A stretch of 64,000 nt of DNA from Lingula anatina (taxonomy: Eukaryota; Animalia; Brachiopoda): assembly GCA_051362555.1 (NCBI GenBank), contig CM120641.1, forward strand, positions 7,626,001 to 7,690,000, given 5' to 3'. Positions 1 to 13,800 of the stretch are shown one piece after another. The notes under the pieces are model-generated. The model worked only from the letters and a program-made list of their open reading frames with translations, had not been told where the DNA came from and made no database searches. Numbering within the stretch: position 1 is the stretch's first letter; each line of letters starts with the position of its first letter. The position numbers and the translations under genes are program-made.

Positions 1-2900
1 AGCATCGGAATCTGTCGGTCTTAAATTTTGGCACTTTGTATCTATTGTTAGATCTTAAAAGACGATTGGAATGCTCAATTAAGACGTGATTCAATTTGTC
101 AGAGGATTCAGTTATTTTGTAAAAGAAAGTTTTGCACAGATCTTCCCTTCGTTTTTCTAAAGTGCACATATTTGCCAGGTTCAGGGCTTCATCATAGTGT
201 AGGTCAGGGAAAATGATTTTTAAAGCACGACTTTGGACAGTCTCTAAAAGTTTGCATTGCTCTATAGTTAGTCCTGGATGCCATACAAGACAGGCATATT
301 CTAGAATTGAGCGCACAATACTTTGGTAAACTTGGATTAAGTCAGCAGGGCTGAGCTTAGCTCGCTTCAGTTGACGGAGGAAATAGAGTCTTGCACATGC
401 CTTTTTATATATATGATCCACATGAGTACCCCATTTTAGGTCATTGCTAATATGGATGCCCAGAAGTTTGAACTGTGTAACCTCACAGATTGGTGTGTCA
501 TTTATAACTATTGGTGGGAGGTCTGGTTTAGAACGTGTAAAATTTAGGGTCATGGTCTTGGTTTTTTTGGCATTCAGTTTCATATTGTTATTTTGTGTCC
601 ACAGCACTATTTCGTTACTTGCACTTTGTAAGTGGCATGGACCATCAATATTACAAATGTCATACACTGTAGTATCGTCAACATATTTGTAGTCTGGACA
701 TCTGGATTTTAAGTCATCAATCATGACGGCAAAAAGCAGTGGCCCAAGAAGGGTACCCTGGGGTACTCCACCATGTGGGTGTAGCCATTCAGAGAGTGAG
801 CTTTTATATTTTACTCTCTGGGAGCGGTTGGATAGGAAGGACTGCACCCACCTGACAAGTAGTTCAGGTACACCCTTGTCATAAAGTTTTCTTAGTAAAA
901 TGTTATGATCAATGAGATCAAATGCCTTTGAAAAGTCCAGGAAAAGAATTCTGGCATATTTTTTGTGATTTTGAGAGGGTTCAAGACCCTGCATCCAATT
1001 GTGAATGAGTTCAGTTACTGCATGTGTAGTGGAACTGCCCTTGACTACTCCAAACTGTGTTCTGTCAATATTAATGTATTCGCAAATCCACTTAACAATA
1101 AATGATTCAAACACTTTACTAAGAACAGGAGTGAGTGATATTGGATGCAAGTCATTCTCAATAGACATTGGTGGAGAGGATTTAGGAAGAGGGATGACAT
1201 CTGCTGATTTCCATACGTCAGGGACAAATCCCTCGCGCAATGAGCTGTTGAAAATGGCGCAAATCGGCTTCGCAAGGAACCCTGCAAAATCCCTCAGCAC
1301 CCAAGTTGGGAGCTGGTCTGGGCTGATGGCCTTGCTAGTGTTGAGATTTAGTAGGCATTTCTCTACATCGTCTGGGTCTATTGAAAGATGTGCAATGGAT
1401 TCAGGTTTGTATTCTGAAGACGGTGGGACTAATGGAATGAGATTTTGGCTCACTGAGATAAAGAAATTGTTAATTCTACTTGTAAGGATGTTGATGTCAC
1501 CACCACAGGTTTTATCTGCTAGGGATTGTAGAGAACTCGGCCGATTGTATATACCAGAGAGTTCCTTTGTGTGATTCCACCATTTCTTTGAACAACAATC
1601 TTTCAAGGCCTCTACCTTTTTCTGATAGTATCTGGCTTTCAGAGAACGGTTCATCCGGTTAACCTTATTCCTTAGAGAGTGGGCTGTTTGCGTGTCACCA
1701 AGCTTAAAAGCCTTTTGCCTTGTTTTGATGAGTTCCTTGAACTCAACTGACACCCAAGGCTTATCTGAACTGTATTTTGTGATGGTTTTCATGGGAAGGT
1801 AGATGTCAAGTGCATCCTGGACAGTTTCCGTGAAGTGTTTGAATTGTTCGGCACAATTATTCATCCGGTAAAGAGGTGTCCAATCATGTTGCATCAGTTC
1901 ACTAGCAAAAAGGGCTTTTTCGTTTTTGCCAGCCTGTCGCTGTTTGATTGAAATAGGTTGCTCCATTTGAATTTTGTCATGGTTCACTGGAAAAGTTACT
2001 ACAGTGTTGTGGTCAGAGAGGCCTATGGGTGGGAGAATGACAGGGACCTTGTACAGGTGGTGCGAATTTGTAAACATTTTATCTAGGATAGCATTTTTCC
2101 TTGTTCCTTTATTTACTATTTGCTTCAGGTTAAATGTCCTTTTAAATTGTTGATCGGGTAAAGTATTGAAATCACCTAGGAGGAAAATTGCTGAAAAAGG
2201 GTGGGACTTTAAAATATGGTCCACAGATGAGATTATGTGATCTATCATTGGCCGGTTTTCTGAGCCTGGTGGGTGGTATATTGATCCTACGCTGATGTGT
2301 GATATGGCTCGTGGTAGACTTTTTGGACGCAATGTTATCCATAAGGACTCGAGGTTGTTGTCTAATCCACTCCAAACATGGTATGGGATTCCATCTTTAA
2401 TGTAACAAACTAAACCCCCTCCTCTCTTGTATTCTCTATCTTTCTGTGTTATAGTTGGGAATTTGAATGCCATCATCAGGGATAGATTCATTGCACCAGG
2501 TTTCAGTGATACAGGCAAAACAATGTCAAATTGCTTTAAAACAACTGCTAGTTCATCACATTTACTTGGCAGTGATCTAGTGTTGGTGTTTAAAATGTGG
2601 GGGAGGTTCCACTTCTTGGTAACTACACTAATCAGGTTGTTGATATCAGCGCCCAGTTGTCCACTTGTTGAAGTAGCTGTTATTGAACTTTGCAAATGAC
2701 CCGGTCTATCAGAAATTTTGACTTGAATATGTCTTTGTAAGCTGGAGCCAGCTCTATTTCCACGGTGAGTTGGTTTTATTGTGTTGATGCCCAGGTTTCT
2801 AATAATGTGTGTTGCCTCTAGTGATAATTGTGGCTTGTAGCCTAATGTACTCCAAATTGTCCATAATTGTTTGCATGAGTAGCTTTTCACACGCATGATT
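1..2900 (-). mobile_element. Non-LTR retrotransposon (CR1/L2 group) ORF2: APE endonuclease + reverse transcriptase; 3' end runs off the window
   Basis: Manual minus-strand translation gives endonuclease motifs CITETW (~2500), GDFN (~2170), ILDKMFTN and SDH (~2010). RT motifs are LFLDFSKAFD (~930), GGVPQGTLLGP (~760) and YVDD (674-685). The RT frame is still open at position 1. There are frameshifts near 2420-2530. Confidence 0.95.
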
Positions 2901-5142
2901 GAAGTAGCTTTAAAGAGTAGTGGTCAAGCCCAGGGCTATGGTTTCCTCTGCTAAAGTTGTGCTGGGTATGTACATGTATATTTTCTCAAACAGTCTGGCA
3001 AAGGCTTTCCACTGGTCACGACGTGAATATGCTGATATCCTAGGAGTCCAGGTACATTCATAAAAAGAGCAGTGCAGTCTAAAACATTATCAAAGATCTG
3101 ACATCACTAAAAAAAAAGGAAAATTGGCCTGGAACTTCTAAAGGCAGCCACTTGGCGCACTTGTCCTTGACCTGTCCTTTTGCCTTTTCTCAATGTGTTT
3201 TAATATGACATGCTTTTTAAATAAAATACTTATAAGTAATTTGAAGTTACACTGAATTCCGTTTGAGTACCAGTTGGTATTCTTTGATACGGGTGATTGA
3301 ATTTTCATCGGAAGTACGTCTACGCCTCGACGCTGAACAAGCCTTGCGGGTTGAAAACAACTGATCTCAGACTGGTAAAAAATTTCAATTTGGTTGATTT
3401 CAGTTGTCATATTAAAATTCAAATAGGGCGTACGTAGATCACATAACTAGTTTAAGTCTACTAAAGCTACCGGTTTCAAATATAAGTGATCGGCCTTTGT
3501 TTACAACACCTAGTAGGCTTGTTAAGAGGTCAAACGCTGCATTTTATAGTACAAATGTCTAACTTGGCATAAATGTTCCTTGGGTCAAAAGAAAATTTTT
3601 TATCCAAAGAGACGCCCTCTATCGATACATTAATTAGCATAAATTATGCAAATTATGTGCCAAAATATATAATATTTCATATTTCCATTAATTTTTGGCC
3701 TAGAAACATGAATAGATTATCAAACCTGACTAAATTAGGGACAAGGAACCCATTTTTGATCATTTGAAAGCAATTGGTGGCCATTTTGTGCCTCAAATCC
3801 AAGATGGCCGCCACCCGCCATTTTGAAAGTAGACATAATTTTGCTATTTTATGTTGAATTTTGAAGCGTTAGGTCTAACTATACTTATTATATATATCGA
3901 TTCTTACTATTTTGGGGGTGCAAAGGTCATTTTTGATATTGTTATGGTGATAGTAGGTGATTTGAAGGAACAAAGAGGGTGTTTTAAGTGCCTACCAAGA
4001 TATGTGTGAACGCTGCAAAACCATGGATATTGATAACCCGTATTCAAATATATCTCAATGCAATTTTTTGTTATATACCATCGCTATTGGACTATATTAT
4101 GAGCAAAAAAACACATTTTACCATTATGGAGGCCATTGGTGGCCGTTTTATCCCTCAAATCCAAGATGGCCGACAAAAACCATTATGAAATTGGGCATAA
4201 TTCGCTATTTTGAAACTATATGTATTACATCTTTGTAAATGAGTAATACGTCGTTTTATATTATTTTCTGGTGCAGAATACATTATTTGTTTCATAAAAT
4301 TTGTGCCTCAAATCCAAGATGACCCTCATACGCCATTTTCAAATTGAGCATTATTCACCATTTTGAAACTATCACACCTTCATAAGCGTGCCATACGTCA
4401 TTTTTGATTATTTCCTGGTGCAGAATGCATTTTCGGTTTCATAATATGTAAATAGAAACTTTTATAAGCCTTCAAATAAATATAGGATTCAGTCGCCACA
4501 TGGGCCTGCAGTTTATATGTACAATTGGTAATCCAATTAGTGCAAAACTGCTTTTGCCCGATCTATAAAACAAGTGTCAGCAAACAAAATGGCTGCATTA
4601 AAGCAAATTAATACATCTTTGACCGCATGAGGATAATTGTTAGCCATTATTTTGATCAAAACCAAGTGTTGGTTGCATGCCGCTATTTTAATAATTTGGT
4701 GTAATTTATAACCTTTGAACTGTGGGCTTGTATTAGGTAAAATGGTACTATTCTGGGGGCTCAAAAGTAAATTTCCGGTGCTAATTTGATGACAGAAGAT
4801 AATAAAAAGGTACCGTAATATAAGGTTGTAAAATAAATTCCAAGATGAGTTTCGTTGAGTCTGTAACAAAAATGTGGAACCCGAACCACATGCTCAAATA
4901 TATCATTTAGATTTATCTTAAGTGACCATCCACTAAAATATATTGAATAATTTAAAGGTAAGCAATAAATATATATACATAGTGGTATTATATTATTAAT
5001 CTTTTACTGGTCAATGTGAACCAAAAAGCCACATGTACATTTATGTCCCAGTCACTGGGGCTTGCATTTGCATGTTAAATATAGTCCAGAAGATTTGAAG
5101 GGTGAACAATGTGTCATCTTATAATACTATGGAACTTGGTTA

Positions 5143-7465
5143 CGGTAAAGTCTTGAAAATTTCGTCGTTCTTGAAAATTTCGTCGGCAGACGATTTTCCG
5201 CCGACATAATTTTTTTCCCTTTGAAAACTTCGTCGACCTTGAAAATGAGGTACTCGATAATTTTTGAAAAGTTCGTCACCAAATATGGCCGCGTTGTCCA
5301 GCTCAAACATGAAGGTAATGCGTCAGTTGATTCAAGACAATGATACGATCAGGATATCATTGCCGATAACACTCTCAATGGGAGATAGGAACAATAGTGC
5401 GCCCCTGCGAGCGGTTACTCACAATATAGATGGTTTAGATGTGAATACCCGTTTTCAATTGGAGGAACGTCGGCCTTTTTGTCTTTAGTTTCATTACTAT
5501 TACCTGGCTTAAGGCGCGTTATCAACCCGGTAAATAGAAGTCACAGGCCGCGGCTTTGTCATGTGTAACGCCGTTATTGTTATCGGCGGCTGTCCTAAAT
5601 GAGGAAGACACAATGAAAAAATCAAGATATTATCTCGAAGTGAAATGTATCTGTCACTTCTATTCATGTCCATGTTCAACTTAGGACCATTTGACGATTA
5701 CCTGGCTCGTACATGGAGATCGTTCGCAATGCGAATGGGACGAGATGGCAATATTCATATCTTCAGCGGAGAATCGTCCGCGTAATATCGTCAACAGATT
5801 GTTCGCGATCCAAACGAGACGAGAAGATAATTTTCATATTTGTAGCTGACTCCGTTCGCATAAGATCATCAGCGGGAGATCAGCGTTTGCGATTCGAGAG
5901 AGACGAAAAGGCAATCTTCATATCTTCAGCGGGAGATCGTTCGCGATGTTAGCGAGAATAAAATGCACTTTTCATATTAGTTCAAGGGAACTTCGTTCGT
6001 GGAAGATCGTCAGCAGGAGATCATTATTTTAACCCCCTCTCCCCCTTTGAATTTTATAAATAATATATATTTTTCATTTTATCTTTAACTCCCCCTTCCC
6101 CCGCTCACGGCATATCTTCAGCGGAGAATCGTTCGCGTAATATCGTCAAGACTTTGTTCGCGTAAGATCGTCAGAAGGAGATCGTTCGCGATCCGAGCGA
6201 GACGAAAAGGCAATTTTCATATCATCATCGGGAGATCGTTTGCGATGTAAGCAAGAATGAAATGCAATTTTCATATTAGTTCAAGGGATTTAGGGAACTT
6301 CGTTCGCGGAAGATCGTTAGCAGGAGATCATTATATTAACCCCCCCTCCCCCTTTGAATTTTATAAATAATATATATTTTTCATTTTATCTTTAACCCCC
6401 CCCCCCCCCTTCCCTCGCTCACGGCATATCTTCGGCGGAGAATCGTTTGCGTACTATCTTCAGGACTTTGTTCGCGTAAGATCGTCAGAGGGAGATCGTT
6501 CGCAATCCGAGCGAGACGAAAAGGCAATTTGCATATCATCATTGGGAGATCGTTCGCGATGTAAGCAAGAATGAAATGCAATTTTCATATTAGTTCAAAG
6601 GATTTAGGGAACTTCGCGAAGATCGTCAGCGGGAGATCATTATTTAACCCCCCCCCCCCCCCCCACACACACACACAAACTTTGGATTTTTTTTTTAATA
6701 TTCATTTTCATTTTATCTTTAATCCGCCCCCTCCCCCGCTCACGGTATATTTTCGGCGGAGAATCGTTCGCGTAATATTCTCAGGACTTTGTTCGCGTAA
6801 GTTCATATCACTGATCAGAGGGAGATCGTTCACGATCCTTGCTAGACGAAAAGGCAATTTTCACATCTTCATCGGGAGATTGTTCGCGATGTAAGCAATA
6901 ATAAAATGCAGTTTTCATATTAGTTCAAGGAACTTAAATTGCGGAAGATCGTCAACGGGAGATCATTATTTTAACTCCCTGTAAATTTTTAGGAAGTTAC
7001 AGATGGTAATTTTAGAAGGCCTGACACTCAATCCTGGGAAAAGCCCTGTATGCAACAAACGTTGCCAAGTACGTAATTTTTATAACATGTCGCGTCCACG
7101 TTATGATGCAACGTTGAAATTAGGCTTATCTTGATCCTTCTCCTCTATCAGGAGGTATGTTTCTTACCGAGAAGATAATTCTCAACATGTTTTCGGGTAC
7201 AGTAAGTCAAGTATAACTTAATCGAGATGCGCTTATAAATAGATTATTTACCAACAGAAAATGACTTAGGAAGTAGTAATAAATATCCCACAATATAGGA
7301 GGGTCAAAGATAACAGTCGCTAAGGATAAAAGCACAAAGGCCGGATTTTTGAAAATTTCGTCATACCCAGGAGTCGGGGAAAGGTTATTTTGAAAAATTA
7401 GTCAGATTTACACAATTAAAAATATTAATTAATTTTTAAGCGACGAAATTTTCAAGACTTTACCG
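5143..7465. mobile_element. Nested non-autonomous DNA transposon (Tc1/mariner-type ends), 25-bp TIR, TA TSD
   Basis: CGGTAAAGTCTTGAAAATTTCGTCG at 5143-5167 has its exact reverse complement at 7441-7465. TA lies on both sides. No transposase ORF was found. Confidence 0.85.
5715..6980. repeat. Internal tandem repeat, ~4 diverged units of ~315-355 bp
   Basis: The motif ATCTTCAGCGGAGAATCG (and variants) recurs at ~5758, 6113, 6427 and 6748, with repeated GGAGATCGTTCGCGA sub-motifs and poly-C tracts. Confidence 0.9.
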
Positions 7466-7559
7466 TAGTTGTATTGATGCGAAAATGCCCGTGAAAGACA
7501 AGCAAATGGACTTTGCTTTGAAATAGCTCCAGATCTTGTCTGCAAAAGCATTCAGCAGC

Positions 7560-7564
<5 letters not shown>

Positions 7565-7616
<52 letters not shown>
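7565..7616 (+). repeat. Poly(A) homopolymer (~50 nt)
   Basis: Uninterrupted A run visible in the sequence. Confidence 0.95.
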
Positions 7617-7618
<2 letters not shown>

Positions 7619-9966
7619 CATGATCAGCTCTGGTAGGCCAATAAGACAACAGCCAGTAAGAATTGAGGTTTTGTCAGTGTCCTATGAGAAACAGCCAAAC
7701 AATATAGTAAAATCCAGTTTCCAGATAAACATCAATGCATGAGAACATGTCGCATCAAAGGAAAGTGGTATCTTTACACAAAAGAAGGAATCTGCAAAAC
7801 CAACTAGAAAGCAGCAGCTGCGCAGGTAGGCAAGAGGGATAAAGCAAAAAAAGTCGAGGAAGCAGCCTCTTTTCCTAGTTGACAGTGCCAGTGATCATTC
7901 CTAGCATGATTTGGCCAGACAAGTCATCTCACTACCAATAGAAATCCATAAGGCAACTACAGTACATAGTTCTCATTGTTTCCAATGGACGAACAAGCAC
8001 AAAACATCTACAGTATATGACAACTACAGGAAAATTCGATCATCTTGGAATCATCTTAAAACACCTTATGCCTTTGTTATTATCCTCTGTCACCAGAATA
8101 ACACCGGAAATTAATTACGTACTTCCAAAATAGTAACAATTGATGTATTACAATCATATATGAAAGTCCAACAGCTCAGAAAGGTATATTATGCCATAAT
8201 TTAAAAATAGTGACAGGCTCTTGGATATGAACAACAGAATAGCTAACAGAAGTCACCATAAAGTCGAATCAGCCATGCTGGATCTCTTGCACTTAATCTC
8301 TGTCTGGCAAAACGATTTTATAATTGTTATATAACATATTTTTGCACAAATTTGACTTCAAGACGTATACAAGACATAAGCCTGTATTGGTGTTGGAGCC
8401 TTGTAATATTTTCTTTTTGTATTATATCTCAGAAGAGATAAGACACGACTTCTACAACCCAAATGATAAGAAACGATGTATAACATGCTAGTGTAAGAGC
8501 AATAGCTTCAAATTGATGAGTTATGCCTTACCCGTATTTCAAAATTGTGACTGGCGGCCATCTTGAATTTGAGGATCAAAATGGCTACCAATTGTCTTCA
8601 AAGCACCAGGTATGTGTTCTTTACCTTTAATTAAGCCATTTAGATCTCTGACGCTTGTTTCAAGCTCTTTAGGATTTAATAAAACATTTTGTACTAATTA
8701 GACTACATGGCACTTAAGCCTACATGCATATTGATTTTGGAGGCTAAAATAGTTTGTACTCACATTTCATGAAACAGATAATGTATTCTGCACCAGAAAA
8801 TAATATACAACGACTATTACTCATTTACAAAGATGTAATACATATAGTTTCAAAATAGCGAATTATGCCCAATTTCAAAATGGTTTTTGGCGGCCATCTT
8901 GGATTTGAGGGATAAAACGGCCACCAATGGCCTCCATAATGGTAAAATGTGTTTTTTTTGCTAATAATATAGTCCAATAGCGATGGTACATAATGAAAAA
9001 TTGCATTGAGATATATTTGAATACGGGTTATCAATATCCATGGTTTTGCAGCGTTCACACATATCTTGGTAGGCACTTAAAACACCCTCTTTGTTCCTTC
9101 AAATCACCTACTATCACCATAGCAATATCAAAAATGACTTTTGCAAAATAGTAAGAATCGATATATATATATATCAAGTATACAGTAGTAATAAAAATTA
9201 AGTTTCCGTTGTACGACGTTTTACAAACGTCAGAAACGTTTTAATCCCTATCCTATGAATAGAAGGGGGCGGACAAACAATGGAGAGCTGTCTAATCCCT
9301 TCAAAATTCGAACGCCAAAACACAATAGTTTAGACGTAATAACACACAATACCTTAGGCGAGTGAACCCCATGACGCCTGTTTCTGTGGTCCAGCGCGAG
9401 CGCGACAATCCGCTGTGACCAGGTGTAATTAACAGCAGGATACATCAGCCAGAAGGTGCCTATTGTTTGTTGCGGCGATAGGATTATAGCTTTAAGATGC
9501 TAGAACCCATGCTAACGCGTGCCACTCCCGTGGCCACCTATCCTTTTGTTCACTAGCTTGGCACGCGCAGCAGATCATGTTTTAATTAAGTGTTGCAAGA
9601 AAACTGCTAGTTTAATTTAGTATCAGTTATTTTATTCAATATGAAGTGTTCTGTGGTCAAAAATTGAATTTGATATACATGTATCAGCAACGTACATCAG
9701 CATGATCAACAAATCACCCCGTCTCAAAAAGTTTAAAGATGCTCCATACACAAATTTCAATCATCGCTACCTGTGTAAAAATAGATAACTGTTTAGAAAT
9801 AACAAAGAAAGAAACATTATTAAAACAATTTTTTCACATTACAAGCTGACGTGTTGCCTCAATTACTACATTAAGTTACATTTTATATAAAATAATAGAG
9901 CGAATCCGTAAAAGGATAATAATAATAGAAAGTCTTAATAAATAAATAAATAAATAAATAAATAAA

Positions 9967-10134
9967 CAGGCCCGCAGCCAGGGGGAGTTCGGGAGGTTCG
10001 AAAGACCCCCCTTTTGCTGAAAAAAGGTCCACTCTGGGTAAAATTTGACATAATTACATGGGTATTTTCCGGTAAAAGGTCCACTTTGTCAGAAAAGGAT
10101 CCCCCCCCCTTTGAAATTGCTGGCTACGGGCTTG
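9967..10134. mobile_element. MITE with CAGG termini and 5-bp TSD (hAT5-like), copy 1
   Basis: CAGGCCCGCAGCCAG...CTGGCTACGGGCTTG, with ATAAA on both sides. Homologous to 30662-30828. Confidence 0.8.
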
Positions 10135-10789
10135 ATAAATAAATAAATTATTTAAATAATAAAGTAAATAATAAGATGACATTAAGAATCAAATAAAAAA
10201 GATAGATAGAAATTAGATGATATAAATCATTAAATAAAAGATAAATTATTTTAAATAATTTCATAAGTAAATTTTGATTTAATAATTAAATGAATAAATC
10301 TCTGTGAAGTCTACCCATTATCAGGGTCACTGATAGATTTTCACTACTTGCCAGTATAGACAGATATGTATCTGTTTATTTGATGGGACTTTTTTGCACG
10401 CGCGTTAGGGGAACGAGCATATAAACTAATTTCTTTTAAGATTAAAGTGAGTGTCCTATCATTTGAAAGCCAACAAAATATTTCATTCCACATTAGAGAA
10501 ATTAGCCTCATAATTACATTTGTAAATTTATAACCGGGTGTACGTAACTCTTCGCTGTTCAGTAACAGTTATAAAGGAAAGTTAGATTTTGCTTGTATAA
10601 AACACACTTTTTATTCTGATAAAAATCGACTGCGCACGAAGCATAATGATATTAGGCTTTCGATGATGATTGTGCATGAAACATCAAGTCAATTTTCCTT
10701 TTCATAATAGTGCTGGGCACCCAGGTTGTAGCGGACCACGAGTAATTGAAGCAACACCATTGGATAATACTGCCGTTTATTCACGCAGT

Positions 10790-10862
10790 GAACAGAACTG
10801 AACAGAATCTGAACAGAAACTGAACAAAAACTGAACAGAAACTGGACAAAACTGGTGAAAAC
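10790..10862. repeat. Minisatellite, ~10-bp unit (GAACAGAACT-like), ~6 copies
   Basis: gaacagaactgaacagaatctgaacagaaactgaacaaaaactgaacagaaactgg. Confidence 0.8.
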
Positions 10863-13800
10863 TATAAAAAGAAAAGAAAAAGAAAAAAAATAATAACAAT
10901 ACAGTGAAATAAAGATAAATAAACTAGATATACTAAACAACTTAATTCATGTGATCTTAACAACAAATAATTGATCTTTGCATGTGTGTAAGTTTTTACT
11001 ATTTATTATTTAATTTTAAACACTCACACTAGAACAATATCCAGACTCGCTTTCTCCGCTAGTAACTGGCTGCTCAGATACGGCCATAGAAATCTGAGCT
11101 GGTACTGTAAATTTATTTGATAACAAATATACATGTGCGTGTTGGTCATGAAAATGTCACACCCATACTAACATAAATTTTAATAAACACGATGCTCATA
11201 ACTTATGTTACTGATTAAACTTAAGTAAACTTATGTAAACTTTTGTAAACTACACAAAATATCTCTATATAAGTGAATTACACTTAATTAAAACACAAAT
11301 TTTACACAATCTACACGTAATATCGTAAAATACCTCCACTCTGCCAGTAAGTATATAAATGACCGCGCAGAGTACATGCAACATCGGCTTTTATACAGTT
11401 CATCACATGACTAGATGAATAGATGTTACTTAATATTGAGCAGTGTTCTAGTGTCTTCTCTAACGCAATATAAATAAACATAAGAACAGCGTGGAAAATA
11501 TAAAATAAAAATGATAACGTATATAATTTCTGCCGTGTCGGCAACACAGGTGTTGAATCTTTTACTCGACGTGCATCTCCTAATATTGTATAGGCATGAT
11601 TTCAGGTTGTTCTGGAGCGATGACGATTGCGTTCAAAATGGGTTGTTTGCAGCATAAGTGATGTGAATAAACCTAGCTTACTAATTAACTATTACCAAAG
11701 TAAAGCAGGGCTTTAGGTTTATCAGCCTAAGATTTATTCAATATGGGCAGTTAACTTGGACCAGTCTTGTTTCATTAACTTTGCGAATGAAAGCCTCCGT
11801 CGTTAACGTAAATTTCCAATATGATTTTACATCACTTATCTGATTTAACAATCTTATTGTTTAGGTTTTGTTTAAGGTTGCATGAGAACAGATAATGATC
11901 GAGTTTAACAATAGATTGAGGGCTATAGTAAGTCCTTCCTCTTTGGGCGATGTCTAAGACTGTTAATTCAACGTACATAAACATGTAGTGTGACCACACT
12001 GTCAGCCATCCCCCTTGTTGCACGTTGCAAGCGATTTGTCTCATAACTATGACAAGGCGTTCTTTTTTCTCGTTGTTGTTTTAAAACGGACCACTTTGTT
12101 AAGGCTAATTGCTTAGCTCATTGCGCGTCATATGTAAACGCTAAGATATGAGTGTTATACCGAGTAGTTGATTGTTTTGCCCGGGCGCCGCACTTATGCT
12201 TTCTTACTAGAGCGATCTAGAACAAGTCGCTAGTTTGCCCTGTTTGTAACTGTAGCAAATATGTTCGACATGCCGTTTCTGCACGACAGCCGGAGACACA
12301 GTTATTGTATAAGGCATGGTTTAAGCTTGTTCGAGAGATAATAACAGTCGCGTTTAACAAAAGATAGTAAGACCCCCTCCTCTTTAACTGATGTCTTACA
12401 CTGTTAATATTGACCGCACTTTCATATATTATGTAATGCACTGACAGACTTTCCCCTGTTGCACGTTGGCGTTGGATTGTACTTGTGCCTCTGTCAATGC
12501 ACCTCATTTAGTTTAAATATTTTTACCGCATAAATCTTTGTGGTTTAGAGCTATAAGTTTAGTAGTAGGAATAGGATGGTTGGACAAAAAGCTTCTAGTC
12601 AACTGGCTTAGACCTAGGGTGTGATGCTGCTATCATCCGAGAAAACACCTACACTGAATCCTCTTCCTGAAATCCCCCTAGCTGAAACAAAAAATGCCCC
12701 TTGAACCGGTCCATTTTTACAGCGTCGAATCATTTTTGATATCATTGAGCGTCTTTAAACGAAAGCTTTTAAGTGACAAAAACAGAACCGTGTGGTGATT
12801 GTTTATTAAAGCGTAGGTTTATTCATCATGATCTATTTTGTAAACAATACATGCCTAAATTTTACTTGGATTGATCATCGTCACTGTTTGGCAACTCGCC
12901 TGTAATGCGTGCTGAACGACAGACAACTTATAAATATTATCTGTGTTACTGTGTATTTGACCAAGTTAAAATAGAACGGTGTCGGTGATTTAATCCATCG
13001 AACATATTTATATTTCTTCTTTTAAAACCACTGTTAGGTTAACATCAAGTCAAATTAAGTAAAGCTAAGTAAAGCCTGTTTCTAGTTCATCCACGCTATA
13101 AATACATGAAGGATAACAAGTCTCTGTAGCCAATTAACTTTCACAATGCCCTGTGCTTTAGAGTCCCATGTTATACAAGCAAATGAGTATGGCCTGAGAG
13201 AAATATAAATATGAGGCCGTGTATGAAGATGTTTCAAATAATAAGAATCAAGAATTTAAACATGTTAGGTACATGCACATCATTTAATAAGTCATTTCAC
13301 AAAAATGGCATCTAATTTTTCAGATAAACCTCCACTTTTATCTATCTCAACGCCTTGTCTGATGTTTACATGTAGGCGGTATACTCCAATATTAATTGCG
13401 AACAATATCAACAGCGACTCGAGATCGTTGCCTGTCTTTCACACTTTTACACAAACACATGAAGGGTTAATAAAAGGATTCGCGTTGCGACATCTATCTC
13501 TTTCTTTCGAACAACCAAATTAAGGGCTGACCCGAAGTAAGCTGGCATAACTAATTTCTCTTTGACTGTACAAGGGTATATTGTAATTACTCCACTTGGT
13601 CGCCTCCATTGTCTTGTAACAGTGACAAAGAATGTGTTTTCACACGCTAGTTTACATAACTCCTTTGCCTTGTGTCTTTATCAAGGTTATAATCAGTTTG
13701 AATAGGTTGTCTTGCCTCACTTAAAAAGGGAGTTGTTCTTCACACTGTTTTTTGCCTAGCTTATGCTAACCTATTTTGTACAAATATGGTTTTAATAAAT

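Noticed and set aside
444-2699. Plus-strand ORFs (e.g. 1005-1574, 189 aa)
   Set aside because: Antisense shadows of the minus-strand LINE ORF2.
7452-7742. Poly-Lys / poly-Phe ORFs (also 31078-31332)
   Set aside because: Translation of A/T homopolymer runs.
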